Made by a program: the position numbers and the translations under genes. Below, one piece after another: positions 48,469-60,570 of a stretch of DNA of 64,000 nucleotides. The stretch lies in contig CAOKAG010000003.1 of NCBI GenBank assembly GCA_948466395.1, positions 11,062-75,061 of the forward strand, read 5' to 3'. The first letter of the stretch is position 1, and each line of letters starts with the position of its first letter. Source of the DNA: an uncultured Mycoplasmatota bacterium. Its GTDB lineage: Bacteria; Bacillota_I; Bacilli_A; RF39; UBA660. The notes below the pieces were generated by a model that worked only from the letters and a program-made list of their open reading frames with translations, searched no databases and was not told the DNA's origin.

Positions 48469-48889
48469 CTGGCAACGTCTCCAATGTATTTTTGATAATG
48501 GCTTCGTAACTTTCTTCTTTGGCTTGTTTTAAGAGTTCATCAAAAGGACCTATTTTACCCAATATGGCTTCGGGAACATCAATTTCTTTAATATAATAGT
48601 TGTATTTTAACCCATCAAAATAGCTTTTTAAAAGCGTTTTATTAGTTAAAGTCGCCCCAATAAATACTCGATAATAGTCTTTATCTTTTAAAATTCTTGT
48701 AACAGGAAACTGTTGACTTAAATTCATTGCATTTTGTTCATTTTTAAAAACACCCACTTGAAAAACAAAAAGGGTATTTTTATTTTTTGCCTCCGCTTTT
48801 TCTTTAATATTTAAGAAAAAAAGTGTAGCTAGAAGCGTACCCAACAAACAAGAAAAAAGAACGATTTTAAGATTTTTTTTCAAATCCAT
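48452..48889 (-). CDS. SPOR-domain membrane-anchored protein
   Basis: TM 'IVLFSCLLGTLLATLFFL', then a C-terminal 'LFVFQVGVFKNEQNAMNL...YYRVFIGATL' SPOR-like fold. Confidence 0.45.
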   Translation of the reverse strand: MDLKKNLKIVLFSCLLGTLLATLFFLNIKEKAEAKNKNTLFVFQVGVFKNEQNAMNLSQQFPVTRILKDKDYYRVFIGATLTNKTLLKSYFDGLKYNYYIKEIDVPEAILGKIGPFDELLKQAKEESYEAIIKNTLETLPDVLSN

Positions 48890-48950
48890 TCACCTCTTAA
48901 AGAGAGTTTAACAAAAAGAAACTAAAAAAAATGTCGAATAAAAAAGAAGG

Positions 48951-49928
48951 CTAATTTTTTTCGCCTTCTTCTAACATGGTAGTAATAAAGATTCCATAAC
49001 CCGTTTGAACTTTATCTACCACAACATGAGTCACCGCTCCAATAATTTTATTATTTTGAATAATTGGGCTTCCACTCATTCCTTGAACGACTCCTCCTGT
49101 TTCTTTTAAAAGTTTTTCGTCAGTAATTTCAAAAGAAATATTTTTAATTTTATTGTATTCATTAATTTTGGTAATATTAATTTCAAATTCTTCGACGACG
49201 TTATTCGATAAAACAGTTAAAATCGTTGCTTTTCCTATTTTTACTTCCTCTTTACTGGCCACTTCAAAGGTTTGACTATCAGGTAGATTCTTGGTGTATT
49301 TTCCAAAAAGACCAAATTCGGTGTTTTTATAAATGGTACCATAGACATCTTTCGGATTAAAATTGGCTTTCTTTTCTCCAGGTGTTCCATTCGTACTTTT
49401 ATTAATCCCCGTAATGGTACTATTAAAAATAGTTCCTGTTTTGACTTCAATTTTTTTATTGGTATTCGCTTCAATAATCTCATGACCTAAAGAACCAAAA
49501 ATTTTTGTTTCAGGGTCAATATACGTTAAGGTTCCAATACCAGTGATACTGTCTTTAACATATAAGCCTGTTTTATAAGTTTCATCTTGTTTGACAAGGG
49601 TTAAAGTCGATTTTTTTTCTTCATTGTTTCTTAAAATGGTTAAAGAAACACTTTCACCTTCCATATTCTCTTCAATCGCCTTCGTAAGTTCATTGATGGT
49701 TTCAACAGGAGTTTCATTGACTTTAAGAATTGAATCTCCCACTTGAATCGCTGGGTTACTTTGCACTAGTGTCCCATTGACTTTGTAAAAACCAACAACC
49801 AACACACCTTGACTGTGAATATTAATACCAATGTTGTCTCCTCCAACAAGAATACGATCAGAATACGCTAAGGCGACATTCGGAAATAAAAATAGTAAAT
49901 TTAATAACAATATACTTATTTTTTTCAT
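48951..49928 (-). CDS. spoIVB: SpoIVB-type S55 serine peptidase (PDZ + peptidase)
   Basis: Signal peptide, a PDZ-like 'VGDSILKVNETPVETINELTKAIE', then 'GIGTLTYIDPETKIFGSLGHEI' and catalytic-Ser context 'GMSGSPIIQNNKIIGAVTHVVVDKVQTGYGIF', almost identical to the B. subtilis SpoIVB signature. Confidence 0.75.
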   Translation of the reverse strand: MKKISILLLNLLFLFPNVALAYSDRILVGGDNIGINIHSQGVLVVGFYKVNGTLVQSNPAIQVGDSILKVNETPVETINELTKAIEENMEGESVSLTILRNNEEKKSTLTLVKQDETYKTGLYVKDSITGIGTLTYIDPETKIFGSLGHEIIEANTNKKIEVKTGTIFNSTITGINKSTNGTPGEKKANFNPKDVYGTIYKNTEFGLFGKYTKNLPDSQTFEVASKEEVKIGKATILTVLSNNVVEEFEINITKINEYNKIKNISFEITDEKLLKETGGVVQGMSGSPIIQNNKIIGAVTHVVVDKVQTGYGIFITTMLEEGEKN

Positions 49929-50055
49929 CTTTTCAACACCTCATGCTTAGTATATGGAGAAGCAAGTAAGAAATAAAAACAATAATTGGTAACAACCAAA
50001 AAATGGTAAGAAGATTAATATTTTTATAATTTAAAAGTAGAATAGAATAAAATGT

Positions 50056-50084
50056 TTTTAAAAATTTGACAAGAAACCGCATCT
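50056..50084 (+). promoter_or_regulatory. Consensus sigma-A promoter TTGACA-N17-TAGAAT for the rplU operon
   Basis: ttgacaagaaaccgcatctttgatagaat. Confidence 0.55.
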
Positions 50085-50089
50085 TTGAT

Positions 50090-50187
50090 AGAATTAAACA
50101 TGTTTAAAGGAGCTTTCCTTGAAACCGCTTGGAAAAGGTTAAAAAACAAGAGTTACCTTAACAGCGCGTCTTAATAATAAAGGAGGT
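50090..50187 (+). ncRNA. Putative ribosomal-protein L21 leader (autoregulatory 5' UTR)
   Basis: ~100-nt structured leader between the promoter and rplU, as in the B. subtilis rplU-ysxB-rpmA operon. The structure was not computed. Confidence 0.3.
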
Positions 50188-50193
50188 ATGAAA

Positions 50194-50496
50194 ATGAAAG
50201 CTATATTCGAATCTGGTGGAAAACAATATTATGTAACCGAAGGCGACAGCATCTATGTTGAAAAAATAGCAACAGAAGCTGGAAGTGAAGTGGTATTTAC
50301 AGATGTTTTATTTGTAGATGGTAAATGGGGAAATCCAACGGTTAATGGAGCTAAAATAACCTGTACTGTTGAAAAACATGGTAAACAAAAGAAAATTGTT
50401 GTTTTCAAATACAAACCAAAAAAGAAATATCGTAACAAACAAGGTCATAGACAACCTTATACGAAACTTATTGTTAAAAAAATAGAAGTTAAATAA
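50194..50496 (+). CDS. rplU: 50S ribosomal protein L21
   Basis: '[18 protein letters not shown]'. Start at the ATG 7 nt after RBS AGGAGG. Confidence 0.9.
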   Translation: MKAIFESGGKQYYVTEGDSIYVEKIATEAGSEVVFTDVLFVDGKWGNPTVNGAKITCTVEKHGKQKKIVVFKYKPKKKYRNKQGHRQPYTKLIVKKIEVK

Positions 50497-50498
50497 AG

Positions 50499-50792
50499 AT
50501 GATTAAAATTCATATAACAGAAGAGACAATTAAAATCAGTGGCCATGCAAATTATGCAAATTATGGTCATGATATTGTTTGTAGTGCGGTATCAAGTATT
50601 GTCACCACTTCAATTAATGGAATTCTAGCTTTTAAAGAAACCATTATTATAGAAGAAAAAGAATCATTGCTGATTAAAATAAAAGAACACGATAAAATAA
50701 CCGATACACTAATCAAAAATATGATTGATTTATTAAAAGAAGTAGAAAGGCAATACCCAAAAAACGTAAAAATAATTGAGGAAGGAGATTAA
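50499..50792 (+). CDS. prp: Ribosomal-processing cysteine protease Prp (YsxB)
   Basis: '[19 protein letters not shown]'. Located between rplU and rpmA. Confidence 0.8.
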   Translation: MIKIHITEETIKISGHANYANYGHDIVCSAVSSIVTTSINGILAFKETIIIEEKESLLIKIKEHDKITDTLIKNMIDLLKEVERQYPKNVKIIEEGD

Positions 50793-50793
50793 C

Positions 50794-51078
50794 ATGTTAA
50801 ATTTTAAATTAGACATCCAACGTTTTGCTCACATCAAAGCGCAAGGTTCTACTAAAAATGGTCGTGATAGTGCTGGTAGAAGACTAGGCGCAAAAGCAAG
50901 TGATGGACAAACTGTGAGTGCGGGTTCTATTCTTTATAGACAAAGAGGGACTAAAATTTACCCAGGTGCCAATGTTGGAATGGGACGTGACCACACTTTG
51001 TTTGCTAAAATAACAGGTGTTGTAAAATTCGAAAGATGTGGAAAAGATAAGAAAAAAGTGAGTGTTTACGAAGCGTAA
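50794..51078 (+). CDS. rpmA: 50S ribosomal protein L27 with N-terminal propeptide
   Basis: '[26 protein letters not shown]': the Firmicute-type extension cleaved by Prp after the 'FA' motif. Confidence 0.9.
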   Translation: MLNFKLDIQRFAHIKAQGSTKNGRDSAGRRLGAKASDGQTVSAGSILYRQRGTKIYPGANVGMGRDHTLFAKITGVVKFERCGKDKKKVSVYEA

Positions 51079-51413
51079 ATGCTTTTTTTGCTTTTTGAGC
51101 GGCATCATTCATCAATTTCAAATTCAAGAAAACATAAATGTAATAGTTCTCTATAACGATTTTTATGCTTTGTTAAACCTTCTTCTAAATGGTGATACTG
51201 TCTAAATAATTCATTTAATTTCGTATAGATTCCATCTTCAATAGCGTTGCTATCAAGTATACTTCCTTTCCTAGTTTGACTCTTAGTACTTAAAATGATC
51301 TCATCATGCAGTTTATATGGATTCTATGACCCTTGTAAATCATTGAATATTTCTTTCGTTGATTTACATCTAACCGTATACATGATAAAATATAAGGGAA
51401 AGAAGGTGGCTTC

Positions 51414-52052
51414 ATGCGTTATAAAGTGGTTAAAAACGCGTCGAATATTTTAAGTGACAGTGATTATTTAATAAAAAAACCAGAAAATTATAAAAATAAA
51501 TGGCAAGCCTTATTTAATAATAACCATCCTATTTGTTTAGAACTAGGGATGGGGTATGGTTCTTTTATTATTAGAATGGCTTTAGAAAATCCGAATGTGA
51601 ATTATATTGGATTAGAACTTGATAAAAATCAAACCGCTAAGGCCATAAAAAATATTGCCAATAAAAAAATCCCTAACTTAAAAATAATCTGTGCAGATGC
51701 AAGCAACATAATTGATTATTTTGGAAAAGAAATTAACACCATTTATTTAACATTTTCTGAGCCTTGGCCAAAAAAGAAAGATGAAAAAAAACGTTTTACT
51801 GCAATTCCTTATTTAAAACTTTACGATAGAATATTTAAAAAGAATAAGCACATTATATTAAAAACCGACAATAAAATTCTCTTTGCATCATCATTAGAAA
51901 ATTTAAGCAACTATTGGTATACTTTTGAGAAAGTCAGCTTAGATTTACACCATGATGAAAGAAACATAAAAAATGTTATGACGGATTTTGAAACTCAATA
52001 TTTTAAAGAAAAGCGACCTATTTACTATTTAGAAGCTAGCTTTAAAGATTAA
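51414..52052 (+). CDS. trmB: tRNA (guanine46-N7)-methyltransferase
   Basis: 'LELGMGYGSFIIRMA', 'NYIGLE', and 'FSEPWPKKK'. Confidence 0.85.
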   Translation: MRYKVVKNASNILSDSDYLIKKPENYKNKWQALFNNNHPICLELGMGYGSFIIRMALENPNVNYIGLELDKNQTAKAIKNIANKKIPNLKIICADASNIIDYFGKEINTIYLTFSEPWPKKKDEKKRFTAIPYLKLYDRIFKKNKHIILKTDNKILFASSLENLSNYWYTFEKVSLDLHHDERNIKNVMTDFETQYFKEKRPIYYLEASFKD

Positions 52053-52054
52053 CG

Positions 52055-54510
<2,456 letters not shown>

Positions 54511-54701
54511 TTTATGTCACCTATTAAATCATAGCACATAAAAATAAAGTTATTCCAAAAAAATAAAGCTTTGCCATTTATTTTAGAAGCTTTCTTAACT
54601 TAAGAACAAGAATTTCTTCACAAATTCCACTTTTCTTTCGAATTCTTCTCAATAATGAGTCCATCTTTGAGCATCAAAATAACTTCGTTTAAGATTAAAA
54701 A

Positions 54702-54730
54702 TTGACTTTATAGTGACTTTAAGGTATAGT
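54702..54730 (+). promoter_or_regulatory. Sigma-A-like promoter TTGACT-N17-TATAGT upstream of the flp pilin gene
   Basis: ttgactttatagtgactttaaggtatagt. Confidence 0.45.
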
Positions 54731-54756
54731 ATTTATAGCGACAGTAGGTGATTAAA

Positions 54757-54966
54757 ATGATAAAAAATAATAAAGGGCAAGCACTAGTAGAATACGTTTT
54801 AATTGTTGCCATAATAAGTGTCATTACCATAGCTATAGTCAATTACTTTGGTGGGTATTTAAAAGACTCCATAACAAAGACCTCTTGTTCCTTAACCGAT
54901 GAAGAATACGTAAAAGGAGACAAGCCAGGCGAAGGCACTTGTCAAGAAAAGAAAAAAGAAAGCTGA
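54757..54966 (+). CDS. flp: Flp-family type IVb pilin
   Basis: 'KG/QALVEYVLIVAIISVITIAI': Flp motif with a hydrophobic core. RBS AGGTGA 5 nt upstream of the ATG. Unusually long, Cys-containing C-terminal tail. Confidence 0.6.
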   Translation: MIKNNKGQALVEYVLIVAIISVITIAIVNYFGGYLKDSITKTSCSLTDEEYVKGDKPGEGTCQEKKKES

Positions 54967-55033
54967 TTTTGGAAATTTTATTTCCAATCTTTTTTTTTCG
55001 TGTTATAATAATTTAAAATAGAGGGGTGAGAAT

Positions 55034-55387
55034 ATGTCCTTACCAAATAAAAAAGGTCAGGCACTAGTAGAATTTGTAATGATTTTGCCCATCTTTATTT
55101 TTATGATTTTTGCATGTATCGATATTGGAAAAGTATTATATATGCAAAATAAATTAGAAAGTAGAATGGACGATATTATTACAAGCTATCAAAATGGCTT
55201 AACAGAGGAAAACATAAAAAGAAACTTTGACTTAAATCATCAAGAGATAGCTTTAAATATTGAAAAAGAAGCGGTTTATAAAAGATTTAAACTATCTAAA
55301 AAATTAGACATGATTACACCTGGAATAAACTTAATTCTATCAAACCCATGGGAAGTAAAAGTTGAGCGTGTGATTTATGATGAATAA
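55034..55387 (+). CDS. TadE-like pseudopilin
   Basis: 'KKGQALVEFVMILPIFIFMIFACIDIGK': prepilin-like leader plus TadE domain. Confidence 0.55.
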   Translation: MSLPNKKGQALVEFVMILPIFIFMIFACIDIGKVLYMQNKLESRMDDIITSYQNGLTEENIKRNFDLNHQEIALNIEKEAVYKRFKLSKKLDMITPGINLILSNPWEVKVERVIYDE

Positions 55388-55760
55388 GAAAGGTCAAACG
55401 TTAATTTCATTTGTCATCATTCTGCCTGTATTTATTTTATTTTTAGCTTTTATCGTTGATACAGGAATGCTTTTAAAAGAGAAAAATAAATTAAATGGAA
55501 CCACTAAGACGATAATAAAAAACAGCTATCAAAAACGCTTTGAAAACGATTATCAAGACCAAATCATTGATTCATTTGAAAAGAATAAAATTCCTACCCA
55601 TCATTTAATTTTAGAAGTGCAGAATGAAACCATTAGTGTAGCAAATGAGTACGAAATAGAAAGCATTTTTGGTCAGATAATTGGAATTGAAAACTATAAA
55701 ATTCATTTAAATATGACCTTTCAAGTCAATCAAGATAAAATAATTTTAAAAAAAGAATAG
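55377..55760 (+). CDS. TadE/TadG-like pseudopilin
   Basis: 'KKGQTLISFVIILPVFILFLAFIVDTG'. Confidence 0.5.
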   Translation: MMNKKGQTLISFVIILPVFILFLAFIVDTGMLLKEKNKLNGTTKTIIKNSYQKRFENDYQDQIIDSFEKNKIPTHHLILEVQNETISVANEYEIESIFGQIIGIENYKIHLNMTFQVNQDKIILKKE

Positions 55761-55771
55761 AGGGAAAACGT

Positions 55772-56569
55772 ATGTCAAAAACAAAAGGAAAATCCATGTG
55801 TATCTTCTCAGCAAAAGGTGGAGTCGGTAAAACGGTAACGACGATTAATTTAGCAGGAGTGTACGAACATTTAGAAAAAAAAGTTCTCATTATTGATTTA
55901 GATTTATCAAGTGGGGGAGTTAGTATTGCTTTAAATCGTCCTTTTGACAAAAACATTTACAATTTTGTCGATGACTATAACAACAATCGTTACAAAGATT
56001 TTAAAAATTACGTTACCAAATACGATGATTATATAGATTTATTACCTTGTCCAAAAGATCCTCGTCAAGCAAATAAAATTGATTCTAAATATATTGATAT
56101 CCTAATTCAAAAAGCGGAAGCCAATTACGATATGGTTTTAATTGATACGAATCATAACTTAAATGAAGTAAACGTTGTCACATTAGACAACGTCGATTAC
56201 ATTCTTTTTGTTTTAACCAATGATCCATTGGATTTAAAAAATATGAAGTCCTTAATCAGTATCTTTAAAGATTCTAATATAACCAATTATAAAATTCTAT
56301 TAAACAACAGTCGAGATCCTTATAAAGACTATTTTTCAATTTTTGATATTAAAAATGTAATCAAAGCCAACATTGACTACACTTTATCCACAAATTTTTA
56401 TATGAAAAACATTGACACTTTTATAATGAATGGTGAAATTATTACCCTTCAAAAGAAAATGCCAAATACGTTTAATAAAGAATACAGTACTTATATGAAT
56501 ATTGCTTTAGATACTATTGATCAAAATAAAAAAGAAATAGAAGAGGGTGAGAATCTTGAGCAAATCTAG
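55772..56569 (+). CDS. CpaE/TadZ-like ParA/MinD-family pilus assembly ATPase
   Basis: Deviant Walker A 'SAKGGVGKTVTTINLA'. Confidence 0.6.
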   Translation: MSKTKGKSMCIFSAKGGVGKTVTTINLAGVYEHLEKKVLIIDLDLSSGGVSIALNRPFDKNIYNFVDDYNNNRYKDFKNYVTKYDDYIDLLPCPKDPRQANKIDSKYIDILIQKAEANYDMVLIDTNHNLNEVNVVTLDNVDYILFVLTNDPLDLKNMKSLISIFKDSNITNYKILLNNSRDPYKDYFSIFDIKNVIKANIDYTLSTNFYMKNIDTFIMNGEIITLQKKMPNTFNKEYSTYMNIALDTIDQNKKEIEEGENLEQI

Positions 56570-57896
56570 TTTATTAGATGCTTTTAATATTGAAAGAAAA
56601 TCAATGAGTAATGCGATCTACTCCGATTATGAAGTGTTTCCTGATAAAAAATTATTAGATGATTTAAGAACCAATATTGTTGAAAATTTAATTGACAAAG
56701 AAATTCCTGAAGATAAAAATCTTTCTGAATTTATCAATGAAGAGATTGATACCGTAACAGAAGGGTATGACTTAACCAATACCGAAAGAAACCATTTGTA
56801 TCATTTAATTGACAATGAAATTAATGGTTATGGACCCATAACTGAACTTTTAGAAGATAAAAACATATCTGAAATCATGGTAAACAGTCCTAATGAAATT
56901 TATATTGAAATCGATGGTCAACTGATAAAAGATGAAAGCGTTTCTTTTATTGACGACGAACACATCGTGAGAACAATTGAAAGGCTTATCGAACCCTTAG
57001 GAAGAACCATTGATACTTCCAATCCCATGGTAGACTCAAGACTTAGTGATGGTTCGAGAATCAATGCGGTCATACCACCACTATCGACCAAAGGTCCAGT
57101 TTTAACTATTCGTAAATTTAAAAGCAATATGACCAACATTGAAGATTTCATACGAATGGGGTCACTTACTCCTTATATGGCTCGTTTCTTAGAAGCTGCG
57201 GTCAAAGGAAAATTAAACATTATTGTTTGTGGAGGAACAGGTAGTGGAAAAACAACGCTTTTAAACATTCTAAGTAGTTTTATTGGTTCCCATGAACGTA
57301 TTATTACTATTGAAGACGCAGCTGAACTTCATTTACATCAAAGACACGTTATTTCTCTCGAAACAAGAATTACAAATTATGAAAGCAACAATGAAGTAAC
57401 CATTCGCGATTTAGTTCGCAATTCACTTCGTATGCGCCCAGATCGAATTATTGTTGGAGAAGTAAGAGGAAAAGAAGCATTTGATATGCTTCAAGCTATG
57501 AATACAGGACACGATGGTTCTTTAACAACCCTTCATGCAAACGGATCAATTGATGCTTTAAATCGTTTAGAAACCATGATATTGATGAGTGGATTAGACA
57601 TTCCAATAAAAGCCATTCGTGAATACATCACAAATGCGATTGATATTGTTGTTAATATCGAACGAATGAACGATGGAAAAAGAAAAGTAACCTCGATCTG
57701 TGAATTAGAAGGGTTTCAAGAAGATCGCATTAAATTAAAAGAAATATTTAAATTTAATCAATTAGGCATCACTGAATCGGGCAGTGTAGAAGGGGAGTTT
57801 GTTCTTTATAAGAACATACCTCGTGTTTATAAAAAATTAATCTCACGTGGACTTAACGATTTAGAAGACATTTTTGGAAAATTTATTAATAAATAA
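56547..57896 (+). CDS. tadA: CpaF/TadA type IV pilus secretion ATPase
   Basis: Walker A 'GGTGSGKTTLLN', Walker B 'RIIVGEVRG', and His box 'TLHANGS'. GTG start. Confidence 0.85.
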   Translation: MRILSKSSLLDAFNIERKSMSNAIYSDYEVFPDKKLLDDLRTNIVENLIDKEIPEDKNLSEFINEEIDTVTEGYDLTNTERNHLYHLIDNEINGYGPITELLEDKNISEIMVNSPNEIYIEIDGQLIKDESVSFIDDEHIVRTIERLIEPLGRTIDTSNPMVDSRLSDGSRINAVIPPLSTKGPVLTIRKFKSNMTNIEDFIRMGSLTPYMARFLEAAVKGKLNIIVCGGTGSGKTTLLNILSSFIGSHERIITIEDAAELHLHQRHVISLETRITNYESNNEVTIRDLVRNSLRMRPDRIIVGEVRGKEAFDMLQAMNTGHDGSLTTLHANGSIDALNRLETMILMSGLDIPIKAIREYITNAIDIVVNIERMNDGKRKVTSICELEGFQEDRIKLKEIFKFNQLGITESGSVEGEFVLYKNIPRVYKKLISRGLNDLEDIFGKFINK

Positions 57897-57913
57897 AAAG
57901 AAAGGATGATTTT

Positions 57914-58909
57914 ATGGTACTAATAATAGCTCAAATAATATTGATTTTAGTCTTTCTTTTTCTTATATTTACTATTATTAAACAAATTCAAATCCTAAAA
58001 TTAGAAAAAAGGTTTGATTCTTTTAGTTTACTTTCTAAAACCATTGATGAAATTTCTTTCTTTGATCAATTAACAATTTTAATTAATAAAATCATTCTAA
58101 AAGGGTCAAAAATTTTAAAAAAATCATCTTTATTCGTAAAATACGCTGAAAAATATGAAAAATACATTTCTTTTGAAGAAAAAGGAACCAAAGAAGGGAT
58201 GGATTTTCTATCTACCAAATTTTTTATCGTCTTTGTATTTTTAATCCTTTCCTTATTCACTTATTTAATCAACACTAAAAATTTTAATTTTATAACCCTT
58301 CTTATTACTCTTATTGGTTCTTTCTACTTATTAGATTTCTTTTTAATTTTAAAATTTCATCAAAAAAGAAAAAAGGTAGAAGAAGATTTATTAAAAGCGA
58401 TTATTATAATGAATAACAGTTTTAAAGCAGGAAGAAACATTATTCAAGCTATTATCACCGTTAAAAATGAATTAGATGGACCTATTGCAGATGAATTTAA
58501 AAAAATTTATTTAGACATCACTTATGGTTTAAGTTTAGATGTGGTGTTTAATCGTTTCTATGATCGAGTAAAACTAGAAGATGCGAAATACATTGCTTCT
58601 TCTTTGACCCTTTTAAGTAAAACAGGAGGAAACATTGTTCGGGTATTTAATTCAATAGAAAAATCTTTCTACAACAAAAAGAAACTAACCAATGAGATGA
58701 AAAGCTTAACCAGTGCCAGTCTATTTGTTTTTCGTATATTAATAGCGCTGCCTTTTGTGTTTACTTTAATCATTTATATTTTAAATCCAACCTATTTTAA
58801 CCCTTTATTTGAACATCCCTTAGGAATAGCATTGTTTTTAATCATCCTCTCTTTATTTATTTTATATGTAATGATAATCAAGAAAGTATTAAAGGTGAAC
58901 ATGGAATGA
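57914..58909 (+). CDS. tadB: TadB (GspF-like T2SSF family) inner-membrane platform protein
   Basis: Polytopic protein with the central 'IQAIITVKNELDGPIADEF...' T2SSF region. Confidence 0.6.
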   Translation: MVLIIAQIILILVFLFLIFTIIKQIQILKLEKRFDSFSLLSKTIDEISFFDQLTILINKIILKGSKILKKSSLFVKYAEKYEKYISFEEKGTKEGMDFLSTKFFIVFVFLILSLFTYLINTKNFNFITLLITLIGSFYLLDFFLILKFHQKRKKVEEDLLKAIIIMNNSFKAGRNIIQAIITVKNELDGPIADEFKKIYLDITYGLSLDVVFNRFYDRVKLEDAKYIASSLTLLSKTGGNIVRVFNSIEKSFYNKKKLTNEMKSLTSASLFVFRILIALPFVFTLIIYILNPTYFNPLFEHPLGIALFLIILSLFILYVMIIKKVLKVNME

Positions 58910-59604
58910 ACAGAAATCGCTTTATATATAAAACTTTTCGTCGTAAAAGTATTCAAAAAATTGAAAAGAAAATTAAGTTATTAGGCTCAAACTATGAAAT
59001 GAATGCCCAATCTTTTTTAACCATACGTCTTATTCTAGCAATTTTTATATTTATACTTGTCTTTCTTTTAGTAAAAAATAGTTTTTTAATGGCCCCTTTA
59101 ATTACTTTTATTTTTTACCATTTTTTTGAAAAAATAATATTAGATCATCAAATAAAAAAAAGAACTAAAAAATTAGAAAGTGAAGCCATTTTTTTCTTTC
59201 AAATCGTTAATCTAACTTTAGAATCAACCCGTAACTTAAAATACGCAGTAGAGATGACTACAAACAATATAGATAATGAACTTTCAAATGAATTCAAAAA
59301 AACCTACGCTGAAATGAAATTAGGCAAAAGTTTTAATGAAGCTCTAAAAGATATGAAAGAAAGAATACCAAGTGATTCAATCAATAGCATAATATTAAAC
59401 TTAACCGAAGCAAGTATTTTTGGGAATAGTATCATCAATACCATCAATAATCAAATTGAATATCTACAAGATAAAAAACTCTTAGAGGTCAAAGAGATTA
59501 TCAATAAATTGCCAACAAAAATAAGCATAATTTCCGTATTATTTTTCATACCTATTATGCTTTTAATAATTCTAGGACCAGTATTAATCAAATACATTAG
59601 TTAA
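58906..59604 (+). CDS. tadC: TadC (GspF-like) platform protein
   Basis: Paralogous architecture to tadB, overlapping it by 4 nt. Confidence 0.6.
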   Translation: MNRNRFIYKTFRRKSIQKIEKKIKLLGSNYEMNAQSFLTIRLILAIFIFILVFLLVKNSFLMAPLITFIFYHFFEKIILDHQIKKRTKKLESEAIFFFQIVNLTLESTRNLKYAVEMTTNNIDNELSNEFKKTYAEMKLGKSFNEALKDMKERIPSDSINSIILNLTEASIFGNSIINTINNQIEYLQDKKLLEVKEIINKLPTKISIISVLFFIPIMLLIILGPVLIKYIS

Positions 59605-59608
59605 AAAA

Positions 59609-59638
59609 AACTTCAATATTAAATTGAGGTTCTTTTTT
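59609..59638. terminator. Bidirectional terminator between tadC and convergent def
   Basis: aacttcaat-attaa-attgaggtt (one mismatch) plus a T-run. Confidence 0.45.
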
Positions 59639-60188
59639 ATATTTCTCTCATTTTTTCCTGATTTTTATAAGGCGCTTTGGGATCAATTTTATCGGTAAAC
59701 AAGATACCATTTAAATGATCCATTTCGTGTTGAAAGGCAACGCTTAAATCCTCTCTAACTCGAATAGTGAACTTTTTTCCTTCTACATCATAAGCTTCTA
59801 CAGTAATTCTAGCGTATCTTGGAATAATACCTTCAGTAGGGCGATTGATACTTAAACAACCTTCTCCTTCACCCACATAAATCAGTTCTTCGCTATTACT
59901 GATGATTTTTGGATTAATGAGAACGTAATCTTGAAAAACATTGTCTTCAACTTCATCCACAACTACAAAAATGCGTTTTAAAATTCCAATTTGGACATAG
60001 GAAAGTCCCATTCCAGCTCTTAATTGATATTTTTCATTATAGTCATCCATTTGGCTCATTTTTAAATAAGTAAGCATATCTTTAATATTTTTTTTATCTT
60101 CTTGTGATAAAGGAAACACAACCTCTTTACTTATTTGGTGGAGTCTTTTATCCTTTTCATCTAAAATTGTAATGGGTGGCAATTGCAT
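59637..60188 (-). CDS. def: Peptide deformylase
   Basis: 'GEGCLS' and 'HEMDHLNG' metal-binding motifs. Confidence 0.9.
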   Translation of the reverse strand: MQLPPITILDEKDKRLHQISKEVVFPLSQEDKKNIKDMLTYLKMSQMDDYNEKYQLRAGMGLSYVQIGILKRIFVVVDEVEDNVFQDYVLINPKIISNSEELIYVGEGEGCLSINRPTEGIIPRYARITVEAYDVEGKKFTIRVREDLSVAFQHEMDHLNGILFTDKIDPKAPYKNQEKMREI

Positions 60189-60251
60189 ACAAATCCCTTT
60201 CTTTCAGACATTATTTTAACAAAAAAAAGAAAAAAAAGGAAGTCAAACTTC

Positions 60252-60443
60252 CTAGTTATTATTGTTTCCCCAATTCCAACCAGCACCGATGATGATAATT
60301 AAAAGAATAAATAATACGATCCATATAGCGCCACCTATACCATAACCAGAAGTATAACCAGCGTAGCCAGTATTGTAAGAACAAGGAGAACAAGCAGCTC
60401 CATAACCAGCGTTATAGTAGCCATTATTTCCATAATAATACAT
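60252..60443 (-). CDS. YjcZ-like Gly/Tyr-rich small protein with a C-terminal hydrophobic segment
   Basis: 'MYYYGNNGYYNAGYG...GYGIGGAIWIVLFILLIIIIGAGWNWG' resembles the YjcZ sporulation-protein family. RBS AGGAGG (reverse) upstream. Confidence 0.45.
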   Translation of the reverse strand: MYYYGNNGYYNAGYGAACSPCSYNTGYAGYTSGYGIGGAIWIVLFILLIIIIGAGWNWGNNNN

Positions 60444-60570
60444 ATATGATACCTCCTTTATGTATCTAATATAGTGTATTAATAATGAAAAAAATTGTTC
60501 ATGTTAACCACCTAAAAAAAGATTTTTATTATGGAGAAACCTATGTTATGATTATAATAGGTGAAAAAAC

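Noticed and set aside
50884-51108. Minus-strand ORF overlapping rpmA
   Set aside because: It is antisense to a highly conserved ribosomal protein gene.
51109-51413. IS element or transposase remnant between rpmA and trmB
   Set aside because: No inverted repeats, no DDE or HTH motifs, and no target-site duplication were seen. It is retained only as an unexplained ORF stump in the findings.
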